Positions 1-14,010 of a DNA stretch of 64,000 nucleotides are shown here, piece by piece. Under the pieces are notes generated by a model. That model did no database searches and was not told the DNA's origin. It saw only the letters and a program-made list of their open reading frames with translations. Position numbers and translations under genes: made by a program. This DNA is from Heptranchias perlo (Eukaryota). The number at the start of each line of letters is the position of its first letter. Position 1 is the stretch's first letter. The stretch covers positions 22,940,001-23,004,000 of the forward strand of contig NC_090356.1 of the NCBI RefSeq assembly GCF_035084215.1, written 5' to 3'.

Positions 1-312
1 TGCCATCTTTTGGATGAGACGTTAAACCAAGGCCCCGTCTGCCCTCTCTGGTGGCCGTAAAAGATCCGATGACACTATTATGAAGAAAAGCAGGGGAGTT
101 CTCCTGGTGTCCTGGCCAATATTTATACCTCAACCAACATCACTAGAACAGGTTATATGGTTATTATCAGATTGCTGTGCACAAATTGACTGCTGCATTT
201 TCCTGCATTACAACAGCAACTACAATTCAAAAGTACTTCATTGGCTGTAAACGGCTTTTGGATGTCCTGAGTTCGTGAAAGGTGCTATATAAATGCAAAC
301 CTTTCTTTCTTT
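1..312 (+). mobile_element. Deu-domain SINE (SacSINE1-like), cut by window start
   Basis: ggatgagacgttaaacc...aaagatcc...gaagaaaagcagggg...ggtgtcctggccaat core and tatataaatgcaa tail. Confidence 0.8.
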
Positions 313-1256
313 CACTTTCCATCATGAGAGTGACTAGGAGTGGAACTGGAGCTGATTTTTCTGCCGTCATAGTCTAGTGGTGCTGAAGTAAAGTTTACCA
401 TTGTCCCAACTATTAGTAAACTCAGTGCAGGCCACGCATATGCATGGTTGTCATGACATATGCATGATGCAGTATACATGACACAGCATAACAGGGAGTT
501 AATCTTGGGCCTTATAGTTTGCACATGATCCTTGTGGAATAGTGTTTGTGTGTACTCCTATGTGTGGTGGATTCGTGGCTTTGTCACCAAAGACTTGCAC
601 AACGGGCTGGGTGAATGCATGTACCTCTGTCACGGTGCCTGGGCTACATGGAGAGTATTGCCATTAGGCGAGTCAGCTATTGGCAGTGGCCAGGTATGGG
701 GACCAGAGTTTTCAGAGTTCCATATGATTCTGCCACAGTGAGCACATGATTCAGAATTGGCTATTTTTGTCATCATGTCTCAAGCCACATTACTCTGGTT
801 GGGGAAGGGCGAGAACTGTCTGATGCCACCTAAGTGGGATGTACCATCATAGTTGGGAAGGATCCCAGAAGCTCTTTCATGTTGAGGTCCAGGAGGATGT
901 TATCGGAAGGCACTGAGTGAGCTGGAACACAGGTATGGCTTGAGTTTTTAATCTGGTTTTTCACCTCTCCCAGGAAATCACATGGATATCGGGTGGGATG
1001 GAGAGTGTATATATTGTGATGCACAAGGCATCGCAGTGATGTGGGACAGGCTGGATGGATCTGAGCGTCTTTTCCTGTCCGTCATTGTTCATATGGTGGA
1101 ACGTAACTCATGGTTGTGAATACAAATCCCAAATTGCCCATCCCAAGTTATACTAGTCATAAAATCTAACTGGCTCACAAATGTCTTCCAGGGAAGGAAC
1201 CTAGCAGCCCAACCCAGCACAGCCTACACACGACTTTAGTCCACACAACTTGATTG

Positions 1257-1575
1257 AAAAGAAAGACTTGCATTTACATAGCGCCTTTCACAACCTCAGG
1301 ATGTCTCAAAGGGCTTTACAGCCAATGAAGTACATTTGAAGTGTAATCACTGTTGTAATGTAGGAAATGCAGCAGCCAATTTGTGCACAGCAAGCTCTCA
1401 CAAACAACAATGTGATAATGAGCAGATAATCTGTTTTTTTAGTGATGTTGGCAGAGGAATAGATATTGGCCAGGACACTGGGGTGAACTCCATCAGCTCT
1501 TCTTCGAAATAGTGCCATTGGATCTTTTACATCCACCTGAGAGGGCAGACTGGTTTAACATCTCATCCGAAAGAT
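1257..1575 (-). mobile_element. Deu-domain SINE, inserted in another SINE (1080-1730)
   Basis: Reverse complement of the same core and tail. Confidence 0.8.
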
Positions 1576-2740
1576 GGATTGACCCTTAATCCCCTGTGAA
1601 GTGACCGAGCGAGCCATTCAGTTGTACAAACAATCGCTAAGAGGAAAGCCCACCATGACCTTCTCAAAAAATGTAGAGATGTGCAATAAATGCCGTTTCA
1701 TCAGCATCGCCCACATCCCAGAACAAATGTAGAAGCCTCACCATGAGTCAGCTGCACTACCAGGCACTTAAGTCATGTCCACTTCTCAAATCACTGGTGC
1801 AGACAGTGCCAGGGGCTCAAGGAGCATGTGAAAAAAACCGTTTCCACTCTCACCATGAGTTTTTCTAAGGATTTAACATCACGTGTGGCTTTGTATTTTT
1901 CAAACATTTAATCCTAAAGCCTTGGAAAACATCCAGTATATAGTATATTTAACTAATTACAGAGCCCGCAGCTTTGGCTATTGTATTTTGTTGGGTCAAG
2001 TTGACGTACAATCCAACATCTAAGTCCAAGTGCTGTGATAAAATGACAGCTGTGTGGCACTTACGGTCAACAAGCTTGCATACACATCATTGCAGAACCT
2101 GCTGTGACCAGCACCAGTCCTTCAGCACAAAAAATTCTCCCACTTGAACTGATTGCTATAAATGAGCTGTTTGTTTGCAATCATTGAAACTATTGAGTCA
2201 GTCCCAATGATTCACTCTCTTTTAAGTGAGTGGAGTGTTTTCTGTAACTTTAAAATGGAAAAGGTCAATTATTTCTCTACTTAAATGACAGGTACCATAA
2301 TGATCTCAGTCCTGGGAGATAACAGCTCAGTAAAGTAATAGAATGGCGTAGCATATTGATCCATTCTATGTTTTTTATCTGACAGTCTGCTCGAGGACTT
2401 CAGTGACAGACTAGAGAAAGTAGGAAAGGGAACTTTGTCTTAGGAAGAAGTCGGAGGTCGGACGTACCTTTGACCTTTGACACCTTTAAATGAAATCTGG
2501 ATCAATATCTGTTGAGGGAAATTGAAGATTTTAGGGATGTTAGCACTGTTTTTTCAGTGGAGGGGGGTGTTGGAAGGAGCTTAGTGTTTCTTAAAGTAAG
2601 GGATCAGCAGGTGGGGGAGTCCATGATCGAACAATCATGCATTATAAATGGAGTCTGGATGGAGAAGGTTTGATTGGTCTGAATGACTTTTCCTCACACT
2701 GGACTTTATGTTCATACTTATCAGGTTTGCAGCAATGAGC

Positions 2741-3182
2741 TTATATTTATATTGCCCTTTATTGCATCCTCAGGATATCCCAAAGTGCTTCTCATCCGAT
2801 GAATTAATTTTGAAGTACAGTCACGATTAGACAGGGAAACAGCAAATGTGGCCGTGAATTTGCAAACAGCAAAGTCCCACTAACAGCAAATGCAATGAAT
2901 GACCAATTAATCTGTTTTTTTGTGCTGTCGACTGAGAGAGGAATGTTGGCCTGAACATCTTCTTCAAATAGTGTCAGGGGATCTTTTATGTTCTCTTGAA
3001 TCACCAGAACAGTCAGACAAAGCCTTGGTTTAACATCTCACCTGAGAGGTCAGCATGTCTGACAATGCAGAAGTCCTTCAGTACTGCACTGAAGTGTAGC
3101 CTAGTTTATATGTTCAAGTCCTCAAATGGGACTTACACCCATAACCTTCGGACTGAGAAGCAAGAGCATTACCAACTGAGTC
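2741..3182 (-). mobile_element. Deu-domain SINE, near full length
   Basis: tRNA-like head, Deu core and tail on - strand. Confidence 0.78.
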
Positions 3183-5515
3183 AAATTGATGCCAGGTTCA
3201 ATGTGAGCTGTTCTGTGAGATTAATTTCAACAAACCTGTTTGAATCTATACACCTGAGTCTCCATTCACTACAAAAGGCCTTTAGCATTGTGATTAATAT
3301 GATCTTTAGTGACCCCTGATGCTGCTGACACTGGGCTGCTCCCATTATATCCTCCACCTTCTTCATTGAGTAAGAATTCTAAATCCTACACCTTTATTCT
3401 TCTATTTGATGAAGATCAGTTCCTACATTGATAATTGATGGATAAACCTCAGTTTAAACAACTTTAAATAACCTTCAAATATGTTCCTCCAGTGATACTG
3501 GCAGGTCAGATGAACAAGGTCCACCTTGTTAATAGTGACCACCTGAAATATATTTGCCCACCTTTGGCTCTCTGGTGCCTTGGTAACAAATGTCATGAAT
3601 TTGTATTTGGATTAGATTTATCATGTTATTCATTGTTTTATTTGATTTCAGGATGTGGACAATGCTGGCAAGGCACATTTATTGTCCATCAATGGTTGCT
3701 GTAAGATGCTAGTGTTGGGACTTCGTCTGGTCACTGTTTTACTTACTAAGTAGCTTGCTTCGTTACTTCAGAGGGCATTAGGAGTCAACCATCTAGTGTG
3801 GGACTGGAGTCACGTGCAGGTCAGGTCAGGTAGGGGTGACAGGTTCCATTGCCTGAAGGACATTAGTGGACAAGTTGGATTTTTACAACAATCCAACAAT
3901 GCCAGCCCACAAATGACCAGGTTTATTACATTCAAATTCACAACTTTCCTGTTCACAACTGTTGGGTTGCTAGTCTGCACGCTCCCATTCTCTTTCTCTC
4001 TCCCCCTCTCTCCCATTCCCTCTCTGTTGTGACCTTTCCATATCATTATCAGGGAGGATTCACTTTGTGCAGGGAAATTGAAACCTGTTAATGAAGAACA
4101 TGTTTATGATTTTGCTAGGCATGGTGCACAGAGGAAATCTTCATACTATTACATTGAACTAATGCGGTCAGTGGTCCTCTGAATATTCCTCTCTGCTTCC
4201 TCAGGTGAAAATACATTGTCCCACACTCTCTTCCTCACTTCTTCCTCAGAAAGGAATCGAATTAATGGCGTGCAATCAGGGCTGTGGGCTCAAGATTCCC
4301 AAACAACATTCCTTGTAAGCATCGCTCCTCACTGGGAATGCCTGATCGAGAAATAAGCCTTAAGGCTCATTATACTGTCTGCTACTCTAATTCATTAAGT
4401 CGCAGGACTTCAAAACGGTGAAAGTCCTGTGATGAAAGCAGAATTTTCGTTCTGCACAAGACAGGGAAATTCTGTATCTTCTGATGCAATTTTGGAACAA
4501 CTACAGTTAAGATGGAAAGCTGACTTCCCTTAACTTCAAAAAGGAGACTGGAAATTCTGCAAGAATGCAGGCATGTTCTTTGATCTGTAGATGAGCCAGG
4601 ATACAGAAATATGGTTGTAGCAGCTAATCAAAGTGTCAGTTCTCTGAGCTACAATGGGTATTTGGTATGTCGACTCTAATTACTGCCCATTAGATAATGA
4701 TGAGATTTTAATTGCTGACACCTGTTAAAATCTGTGAACGTACAGATGAATTCATTGAATGTTAAATGGTGGAACTATCAAGGGAACTTTGTTCTAAGAG
4801 AAGTCCAGGCTGTACATTGTTTTAAAAGCACCGAATGTGAGAACGGGATAAAATGCAGTTTTGAAGACCAGCAGGTGTCAACAGTAAATGGACTATGAGG
4901 CGGCCTGCATTCATGTCAAAGAAAGGACACCCATTATAATTTACAGCACATCCCTTGGTTTCAGTTCTATGCTTTGCACTGTCTCAATCGTGTAAGGGAA
5001 CTAACAGAAGCTCTGTGTAAGTTACCTCCCATGAAACATTCATCAGAGACTCAATGTGAAACTACAGAAAAAAATCACAAGGATTCTGGACTGTTTCTTC
5101 AATGTGAGTCAAGCATTTACTAATAGTTTCATACTTTGGATTTCTGATTCTGTATAATTATCTTGCTTGTAAATAAACTTAACCATCCGTCTTAACCTGA
5201 ATATAATGGTTGGATATTGTGGTATTTATCTTCTTTCAGAGTAGAGAGGAGAATATGTAGTCTCCAGTGCACTAAGGGGTAATTATTAGTCTCAAGGCGT
5301 AGTATCCACTCATGGTCTACATAAGGTGCAGATTTTACTTCATTTGGAGATTCAAGCTGCTTATGGAAACTGTTTCTCTTCTCTGAGCAGTAGGGATATG
5401 TGTTGGGGAAAGGCCAAACCATATCACTCCTTACTTCCCACTTACAATCTTCAGACTTTAAAACCCAAGTCTCACCTAACTCCTGCTTTATCTCTTCTAG
5501 TACCATCTCCTCCAA

Positions 5516-5921
5516 GTGTCAGTTTGCTTCAGGTGGTAGTGCTGTCAACTTGGTGTCAAAAGGTTTTGGCTTTAAACCTTACTCCACAACTTGAGCATTT
5601 CATTTAGGCTGGCACTTCAGTGCAGTACTGAGGCAATGCTGCGTTGTTGCAGCTCCTGCCCAAACCAAAGCTACATCTGCCTGTTCAGGTAAAAGTTCCC
5701 ATGGTACCACCTGAAAAAGAACAGGGAGTCCTCCCGGTGTCCTGGAAAACATTTCTCCCTCAACCAACACCACCAGGAGCAGATCAACGAGTCACTCATC
5801 TGCTGTTTGTGTGACTTTGCTGTGTTTAAAATGGCTCTGCCTACTTAACAACTGTTATAATTCTTTGGTTGTAAAGTGCTTTGGGATGTGATAAAGTGCT
5901 ATTATAAATGCAAGTTCTTTC
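5516..5921 (+). mobile_element. Deu-domain SINE, diverged
   Basis: cagtgcagtactgagg...ggtgtcctgg...taaatgcaagttctttctt. Confidence 0.72.
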
Positions 5922-6536
5922 TTCCTACGGTTTTGAGCTTTGGTGGTGTCCTGCATCCTGGGACTTGACCTTTCACCTTGGTTTCCAAAATAAAAAACAC
6001 AAACCCAGGTCATTCCACCAGGAGCTTTCTGAGTAGGAGGCATTGTATTCTCTCCACTGTTAGGTTAATCAGTAAACTCACTTGTGTTGTAGTTGACATT
6101 AAGCCTTCTTGACTGTGATTGCAACGTTCAGCCAGTTTGTGGTAATCCTAATTAGAGGGCAGATCGTGTATGGTACATTTGAATAGGTCAAAAGCTAATC
6201 CTAACACTTTGCACTAAGTACTCAAGAGGTCAAAGAGATGTAATTCTGATCCTGTGTTGTGTATTTCTGTTTTGTGGGAGATACACCCTGATAGACTATC
6301 ACCTATCCATTCAGGAAACTAATACTTAGGCCTCCCAGATCGGGTCTGGTTAATACTATGAGGAAGTGGACTAACATACTATAGGTCACGGTTTGATGGT
6401 GTTAATCCTGAGGCTTTTAAGAGTTTTATGTACTAGTGTTACCTCTGCAGATGTAGGGAATTATCTTTGATGGATCTTTTAAGTGCTTATCCCATGATCT
6501 GGTGTTTCCAATGGGGACCACGCTCACAGAGACTGT

Positions 6537-7822
6537 GGGGTAAATTTTAACCCCCAAGAACGGGTGGGTTGGGGGCAGGTGGGATGTTAAAATAACAGGT
6601 TTTTGGAGTGGGACCGCATCCTGGCTCCAACACGTCCACTTCTGGGTTTAACCCAGGCAGGTTTGTCTGCATGTGGCCAGTAGACACCAGGAGGTCCTGC
6701 CCCCCACTTAAAACCGACGGGACGATACTTAAAAGGGCAATGTACCTCATTGAGATGCTTGAGGTACTTAATATTTTGTGCATTGGAATAATAAAATGAA
6801 TTTAACCTTACCTGCTCAGGTTTCCCATTGCTTCCAAATCACCTCAGGTGAAAGCAGGTGGGACGGGCCAGATCCATGAGGTGAGTGCCTATATTGCACT
6901 GGTTGTGGGCCCGGAGGAGTAGAAGTGCCTCATCCAGGCCCAACAAGCTCACCTGGCCAACAGGAACCCCGCAATCAGCCGACTCCCCCCCCGCTGATGG
7001 TGAACCCCTCCCACTGTGGATCCCCACCTACCTCCGACCCTGACCACCAGCAGCCTCCGATCTTCTTCCCAGCTCCCCAATCTTCTTCCCAGCCCCACGA
7101 TCTTCTTCACGTCCCCCCATCTTCTTCCCAGCTCCCCGATCTTCTTCCCAGCCCTCCGATCTTCTTCCCAGCTCCCCAATCTTCTTCCCATTCCCCCATC
7201 TTCTTTCCTGCCCCCCCGATCGTCTGCCCAGCACCCTGATCTTCTTCCCGTCCCCCCATCTTCTTCCCAGCACCCCGATCTTCTTCCCATCCCCCCATCT
7301 TCTTCCCATCCCCCCATCTTCTTCCCAGCCCCCCTGATCTTCTTCCCAGCCCCCCTGATCTTCTTCCCAGCCCCCCTGATCTTCTTCCCGTCCCCCCATC
7401 TTCTTCCCAGCCCTCCAATCTTCTTCCCAGCTCCCCAATCTTCTTCCCATTCCCCCATCTTCTTTCCAGCCCCCCATCTTCTTTCCAGCCCCCCATCTTC
7501 TTCGCGGTCCCCCTGATCTTCTTCCCAGCACCCCGATCTTCTTCCCCGCTCTCCGATCTATTCCCCGGCCACCCTGATCGCCCTGACCCACGATCCCTTC
7601 TCCCCTCCCTCCCTCTGATCCTCGGCTGTGGCCTGCTGCAACAGGCCTTCCTGCCCGACAGCCATCCAGCTTGTCAATCAGGCTGGCTGCTGGGCACGAA
7701 ACCCGGAAGTACAATTGATTGGCCTCATTAAGGCCGTGATCTCTGCCCACTTACCTTCCGGGTTTTGCACCTGGAAATCTTCCACCCCACTCCCTTCCCG
7801 GCTCAATGTTAAAATTTACCCC
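6537..7822. mobile_element. Non-autonomous DNA transposon (PIF/Harbinger-like ends) carrying an internal minisatellite
   Basis: Perfect 15-bp TIR GGGGTAAATTTTAAC (6537) / GTTAAAATTTACCCC (7808-7822); left end recurs at ~11495-11655; superfamily inferred. Confidence 0.7.
7050..7560. repeat. Minisatellite, 19-20-bp unit ccccc(g)atcttcttcccagc, about 25 copies
   Basis: Direct tandem repetition; explains the low-complexity ORFs at 6925-7750. Confidence 0.95.
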
Positions 7823-7869
7823 GGCATCTTGGAAAATCGCCGGCATACAGACCATGGTTACAATGATCT

Positions 7870-8277
7870 AGTGTCTGCTGTGGCTCAGTGGGTAGCACTT
7901 TCGCCCCTGAGTCTAGAAGGTTGTGGGTTCAAGTCCCACTTCAGAGACCTTGTGCACATAATCCAGGCTGACACTCCAGTGCAGTATTGAGGGAGTGCTG
8001 CACTGTCAGAGGTGCTGTCTCTCAGGTGAGATGTTAAACTGAGGCCCTATCTGCCCTCTGAGGTGGATGTAAAAGATCCCATGGCACTATTTTGAAGAAG
8101 AGCAGGGAGTTCTCCTGGTGTCCTGGCTAACATTTATCCCCCAACCAAACACCTAAAACAAATTAGCTGGTCATTATCCCATTGCTCTTTGTGGGAGCTT
8201 GCTGTGTGCAAATTGAGTACTGCATTTCCCTACATTACAAAAGTGCTTTGGGTTGTCCTGAGATTCTGAAAGGCTCT
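7870..8277 (+). mobile_element. Deu-domain SINE
   Basis: A box tggctcagtgg, B box ggttcaagtccc, Deu core. Confidence 0.85.
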
Positions 8278-8818
8278 ATATAAATGAAAATTCTTTTGTT
8301 TACAGACCATAATTACCTGAGATGTGTTCTGTGAGGGTGTCATTCCTGCTGGATTGTGGATTCATCCCTCTTGTGTTGCCGTTGGACTGTTCCATTTTGG
8401 CACTGGTTCGCTTGGGATGAAAATAACTGTAATTACCTCAATTATTCATATTTGCTTCAGTCTGTGATACTTGCTGAGAATTACAATCTGTTAATGAATG
8501 AGAGAGCGAGTGAGAGAGAGGCAGAAGAAAATATGGAGAGAAATTATCCCAACATTCTCACTTAGTGTAGCTAACTGTGGATAAAATAATTCCCATTCAT
8601 ATCCTGCCACCTTCAGTTTCCTTTGTATAAAATGACCTCCATCTTTACCCCCTCAGTTACACAGATGCCAGCAGCCCATTGACACCTTGCTGAAGTTGCT
8701 GTCTTTCAAGTGTAAGCGCAGACAGCTATTCAACCATACGGTATATCACAACTGAGCCCAATCCTATCCTTACTTGATGTCCATATATGTGCACTTTCTA
8801 GTAGAAATCACTGGATAG

Positions 8819-8972
8819 TATACTCATTCCGAATGCCATTATCCAGATCTAATTGTGTATACTCACTCCAAATGCCATTATCCAGATCTAATTGTGTATA
8901 TTCTCCCCGAATACCATTATCAGAATTTAATTGTGTATACTCTCTATGAATGCTATGAGCAGGATCTAACTG
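8819..8972. repeat. Tandem repeat, 39-bp unit, about 4 copies
   Basis: tactcattccgaatgccattatccagatctaattgtgta repeated with decay. Confidence 0.85.
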
Positions 8973-10654
8973 TTGGTCCATGTGAATAGTGATGATGCAG
9001 TTATCTGACAGTACCAACTGTATACCAGGAAGAGTCAGCAACTTCATGAGAGAGTTAAGAAAAGAGTGGAGGGGGAAAGCATTAACCACAAGCATGCTTC
9101 TATTTCACTCAATTAGCTGCACAGAATTCATCGAGACCAATACTTTGATGAAATGTCTGTCGACAACCAGTATTAGGGACCAGGCATAAGTTATGGACTG
9201 ACTGTGCACATCCTCATAACAATAAAGTGTGACCTGTGGTGAGACATTTCTCATTAGCTTCCAAGGGATCATCCAGTTACTGCAGGAACTCACAGCAGGA
9301 GCCCCTCCGCCATTCACTTGCTCCATCTGAGCTTCGTCATACGACTGTCAAATAAACATGTTATTGTGCGTCCCCATGACAACTCCATTCATGCAATGGG
9401 TCAAATCCAACCGACTCAGAATTCCAGGTCAGTAGAGCTGCGCCAATATGGCAACTAGAAGGGTGCACGTTAAGTGGGTGTCAGCAACCGACATTACTCC
9501 TTAATGTGTTTTGAAAAAGGTCCGAGTTTTACTATGTGACTAGGAGGAATGTAGCTGAAAGTAAGCGAGATTATTTAGACTTAATCTAACATGAACTGAC
9601 CCAGTACACATTAGCATCATAGAAATTACAGCACAAAGGAGGCCATTTGGCCTGTCATGCATGTTCCAGTCAACTCCAGCTGTCCTCTCATAATCCCATT
9701 TCCTTGTCCCTTCTCCGTATCCTTTTACATCCATTTTTCCCCAATACTTACCCAATTCCTTTCTAAGTAATGTTATAGTCTCTGCCTGAATAGCCATTTG
9801 TGGTCAAGCATTCCATGCTCTAATAACTTTACGTGAAAAAAAAATTCTTTAACTTTGTTCTTCTAGTGATAATCCTGAGGCTTTGAGTCAAAATTCTGCT
9901 CATATGACTCATTTTTGGAATGGTCCAAAGTGTTGCACAATATTTCATCTGAAAGTATTTTTTACACTGTTTTATACTGAATCAAGACAGGTCACCAAGA
10001 GGGGAAGGAGGAATCACAGCCCAATCCGAGGCCCACACATACACATTCTAGCAGGAGTCACTGGACATCGATCAGGAGGTAGAACGTTGGTTAATTTCCT
10101 TCTCACCCCTGTTCTGCCAAACCTCACAAACCCTAACCCAAGGGCACTAAAGGCCTACGGTATTGTCCCAAGTATCAGCCCAGCTTAGATCAGCCAATTC
10201 AGCACAGTCTGGGGATCTAACCTGGGACCGTCCTGGTCTGTATGGCTCAGTACCACAGGTGCAGAGAAGCTAGAATAAGAACATTCGAATGTGTTTACCA
10301 GTTTAAAGATTTTTTTTGGCAAAATGAATACCTTCATTCATTGTTGTTGTTTTATGACTGGAGCACTGGATTTGGAAATATCTGCGGATTAGTCTGGAAC
10401 ATTCTTTATTTAATCCTTCAGATTTCAACTGCTCTGCCCCAGTCCCTGGACCATGTGTGAGGCTGTTAACTACGAGAGAATTGGGTTTTGGTCCAGGTCC
10501 CAGATGGCAACTCACCTTACAGATAATGGACAATTCAAAATCACAGGCTCACGGAATGAAGTTCTCAAAAGAAGTGACCATTAGGCACTGTCATTGGCCT
10601 GCGGAGACTGATGATGGTGGCAATGAGACCTTGCTGCTACTCTCCTTTTATGTG

Positions 10655-11046
10655 AAAAGAAAGACTTACATTTACATCCAGCCTTTCACGACCTCAGGAC
10701 GTCCCAAAGTGCTTTACAGCCAACAAAGTACTTTTGAAGTGTAGTCACTGTTGTAATATAGGAAACACGGCAGCCAATTTGCGCACAGCAAGGTCCCACA
10801 CACAGCAATGTGATAATGACCAGATAATCTGTTTTGGTGATGTCGGTTGAGGGATAAATATTGGCCAGGACACCGGGGACAACTCCCCTGCTCTTCTTCG
10901 AAATAATGTCATGGGATCTTTTACATCCACCTGAGAGGGCAGATGGGGCCTTGGTTTAATTTCTCATCCAAAATATGGCACCTCTGACAGTGCAGCACTC
11001 CCTCAGTACTACATTGGAGTGTCAGCCTAGATTATGTGCTCAAGTT
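10655..11046 (-). mobile_element. Deu-domain SINE
   Basis: Same core; source of the recurrent spurious MDVKDPM ORFs. Confidence 0.85.
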
Positions 11047-11494
11047 TTTAAGCAAAAATGTGCACTAATTAACGTTGCTTTGGCTCTTGAAATTTAGTTT
11101 GCACAGGGTTATAATTAGCAATGCTTTTTAATGAGCTCCACTAAAGCCTCAGCAGCTGCATCCAGTGAGTGGCTAAGCCTTACAGACCAGGGAAGGCCGA
11201 GATTCCATCCATAAGCTGTGCTGAGTTAGCTGATTGCAACTGGGGCAGGGGTAGGGGAGTCACAGCTTGCTCAGCCCCCTTTGCACAGGGAGGGGAAAGT
11301 CAGCTAGTATCCCCCCTCATCCCGCCTCCTGATCACTATCTAGTGACCCCAGCTGAAAAGTGCGGGTGTTGGCAGAATTGGGCTTGGCTGTGATGGCCCC
11401 TGTGGGAGAATAGCCTTACTACCAAGGCTCACATATGAGAAATAAGCAATGGGTGAGGTACTGTAGGGTTAGGAAGCCGATTTACAGACACATA

Positions 11495-11655
11495 GGGGTG
11501 ATTTTAAACCCCAAGAACGGGTGGGTTGGGGGCGGGTGGGAGTTGAAAATAATTGTTTTTTGGGTCGTGACCGCAACCCGGCTTTATTTCCGGGTTTAAC
11601 GTCGGAGCGTAAAAGTACAGGCTTCCCACTGGGAATGCAAAGTCTGAAAATTTTG
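11495..11655 (+). mobile_element. Left-end fragment of the same TIR element
   Basis: ggggtgattttaaaccccaagaacgggtgggttggggg matches 6537-6580. Confidence 0.7.
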
Positions 11656-12992
11656 CGGTTGTTTTCCTACATGACAACAGCGACACTTCAAAAGTACTTA
11701 ATTGACTGTGTAGCGCGTTGGGATGTCCCGCGGATGAGAAAGGCACTATGTAAATGCAAGTTCTTTCTTTCCATCGTCCATGGGAGCACCTGATTGTTGT
11801 ATCACCCCTTACATGTGGCCCAAGGCACCATGGCATGCACCGATGTGGCCCACAAACGCCAAAGCTTCAACAACCCTCTCATAGGGAGTGATGTGCCAGT
11901 AGAATGTTACCTCAGCAAGAATTCCTTGACTTCAGGAGGGAAAGGAGGAAAATACACACAGAATTACACAGCACAGAAACAGGCCATTCGGCCCAACTGG
12001 TCTATGCTGGTGTTTATCCTCCACACGAGCCTCCTTCCACCTTACTTCATCTAACCCTATCAGCATATCCATCTATTCCTTTATCCCTCATGTACTTATC
12101 TAACTTCCCCCAAAATGCCTCTATGCTAAACGCCTCAACCACTCCATGTGGTAGCGAGTTTGGCAGTCCACAAAATAGCCGGAAAAAATGGAGGCAGTTG
12201 TTTTCACAGAAGTATGTCTTTAGCAAACTTTTTTTCATGATTACTGGGAGTCGGATAGTCTCCAAAGGGCTAAATTTTGTGTGTCTTTAACCTTGAGCCT
12301 GCCCACCTCTAATACTCACAGCAAATGTGACAGGAGCATTTGCGTTGGTTTAATTTTTGTGATAAAAGGGCAGATGTTAAAGTGGAAAGATAAAGTCCAA
12401 ATTAAAACAACCTGTAATGGGCTAAAATGTCGAGATTTATTTCCAGTATGATGGTGGTGAAGCCACCCAATAATGTCTGCGTTTTGCAAAAAATAGCAAA
12501 GAAAGACGTTTGCCAAATATTTGTTAATGTATTTAGTGGACCGAGGTTAACCTCACATTAACAGGTCAGTAAAATGATCGTTCCAGTCACCGGGGGGGGG
12601 GGGTTAGCACATAATAATAGTCTGCATTCTTCAAACTACCAGGAACCCGCTGACGTTGGCCAAATTAACGAGCGCAGTGATTTGTTTCAATGACATTAGC
12701 TTCAAAATGACTCTTATGATATTAACGGCTGGATTTTGAATGCGTTCGTATGGAAATGACTTTGTCCACCATTTTAACACAGGCATTAACCCGTTTGAGA
12801 TAGTGGGCAAGTAATTTAAGGCGTCATTCCGATAAAACCAGTGGGGGAGCCTCACATGCAGGGGACACAGTTCAGGGATAAAGCTGCAACATTGCAGGGT
12901 CGCAGAATTTTTCCTTTGATACGATCACATTGTGCTTGTGTGCTAATAGTCACAAATTTAAATGCTAATATCACTTGTTCATATACTAATAT

Positions 12993-13443
12993 AGAAAGAA
13001 GAAAGAAAGACTTGCATTTCTATAGCTGCTTTCATGACCTCAGGATGTCCCAAAGCACTTTACAGTCAATGAAGTACTTTTAAAGTGTAGTCACTGTAGT
13101 AATGTAGGAAACAGCCAGCCAATTTGCAAACAGCAATGTCGCACAAATAGCAATGTGAGAATGCCCAGATCATCTCTTTTAGTGATATTTGTTGAGGGAT
13201 AAATATGAGCCAGGACACCAGGGAGAACTCCCCCTGCTCTTCTTCATATTCACATGAGAGGGCAGATGGGATCTCAGTTAAACATCTCATCTGAAAGGCA
13301 GCACCTCTGACAGTGCAGCACTCCCTCAGTACTGCACTGAAGTGTCAACTTAGATGTTGTACTCAAGTCCCTGGAGTGGGACATGAACCCTTACCCTTCT
13401 GACTCAGAGGTGAGAGTGCTACCAACTGAGCCATGGCTGACAT
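12993..13443 (-). mobile_element. Deu-domain SINE, near full length
   Basis: Head, core and tail on - strand. Confidence 0.85.
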
Positions 13444-13464
13444 GCCAAATAGCAGATATCATGC

Positions 13465-13670
13465 GTCCATATGCTAATATCACACATTTATATGATAATA
13501 TCACAAATTTATATGCTAATATAACTTGTTTATATGCTAATATACAGATATCATGCACCCATATACCAATATCACACATTTATATGTTAATATCATTTGT
13601 TCATATGCAGATATCAAGCACCCATATGCTAATATCGCACTCCCATATGCTAATATTACACATTCATTTG
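13465..13670. repeat. Degenerate ~21-bp tandem repeat (atatgctaatatcacacattt)
   Basis: Recurrent atatgctaatat; one further unit at ~12962 on the other side of a SINE. Confidence 0.8.
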
Positions 13671-13689
13671 CTTACGTTTGGGTTGGCAT

Positions 13690-14010
13690 TCTTACCGAGA
13701 TCTCTGCGCTCCTCCAATTCTTGCCTCTTGCGCATCCCCGATTTTAACCGCTTCACCATTGGTGGCCATGTCTTCAGCTGCCTAAGCCCGAAGCTCTGGT
13801 ATTCCCTCCCTAAACCTCTCTGCCTCTCTACCTCTCTTTTAGACCCTACTTAAGACCTACCTCTTTGACCAAGCTTTTGGTCACCTGTCCTAATATCTCC
13901 TTATGTGGCTCGGTGTCGAATTTTGTTTGATAATCGCTCCTGTGAAGTGCCTTGGGACGTTTTACTATGTTAAAAGCGCTATATAAATGCAAGTTGTTAT
14001 CGCTGTTGTT
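13690..14010 (+). mobile_element. L2-type LINE 3' end
   Basis: ccttcagctgcc-type 3' block and gcgctatataaatgcaagttgtt tail shared with the Deu-SINEs. Confidence 0.75.

Noticed and set aside
2465-2487. DR1-like TGACCTTTGACAC nuclear-receptor site
   Set aside because: Single short motif 25 kb from the nearest gene, expected by chance
4249-4313. Possible exon with good acceptor and GTAAGC donor (similar candidates near 2386 + and 9237-9345 -)
   Set aside because: No recognisable protein similarity and no linked exons; non-coding exons cannot be excluded without RNA data
6925-7750. Overlapping 100-240-aa low-complexity ORFs
   Set aside because: Translations of the 19-20-bp minisatellite inside a TIR element
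7878-7945. tRNA gene suggested by A and B boxes
   Set aside because: Head of a Deu-domain SINE continuing into the SINE body
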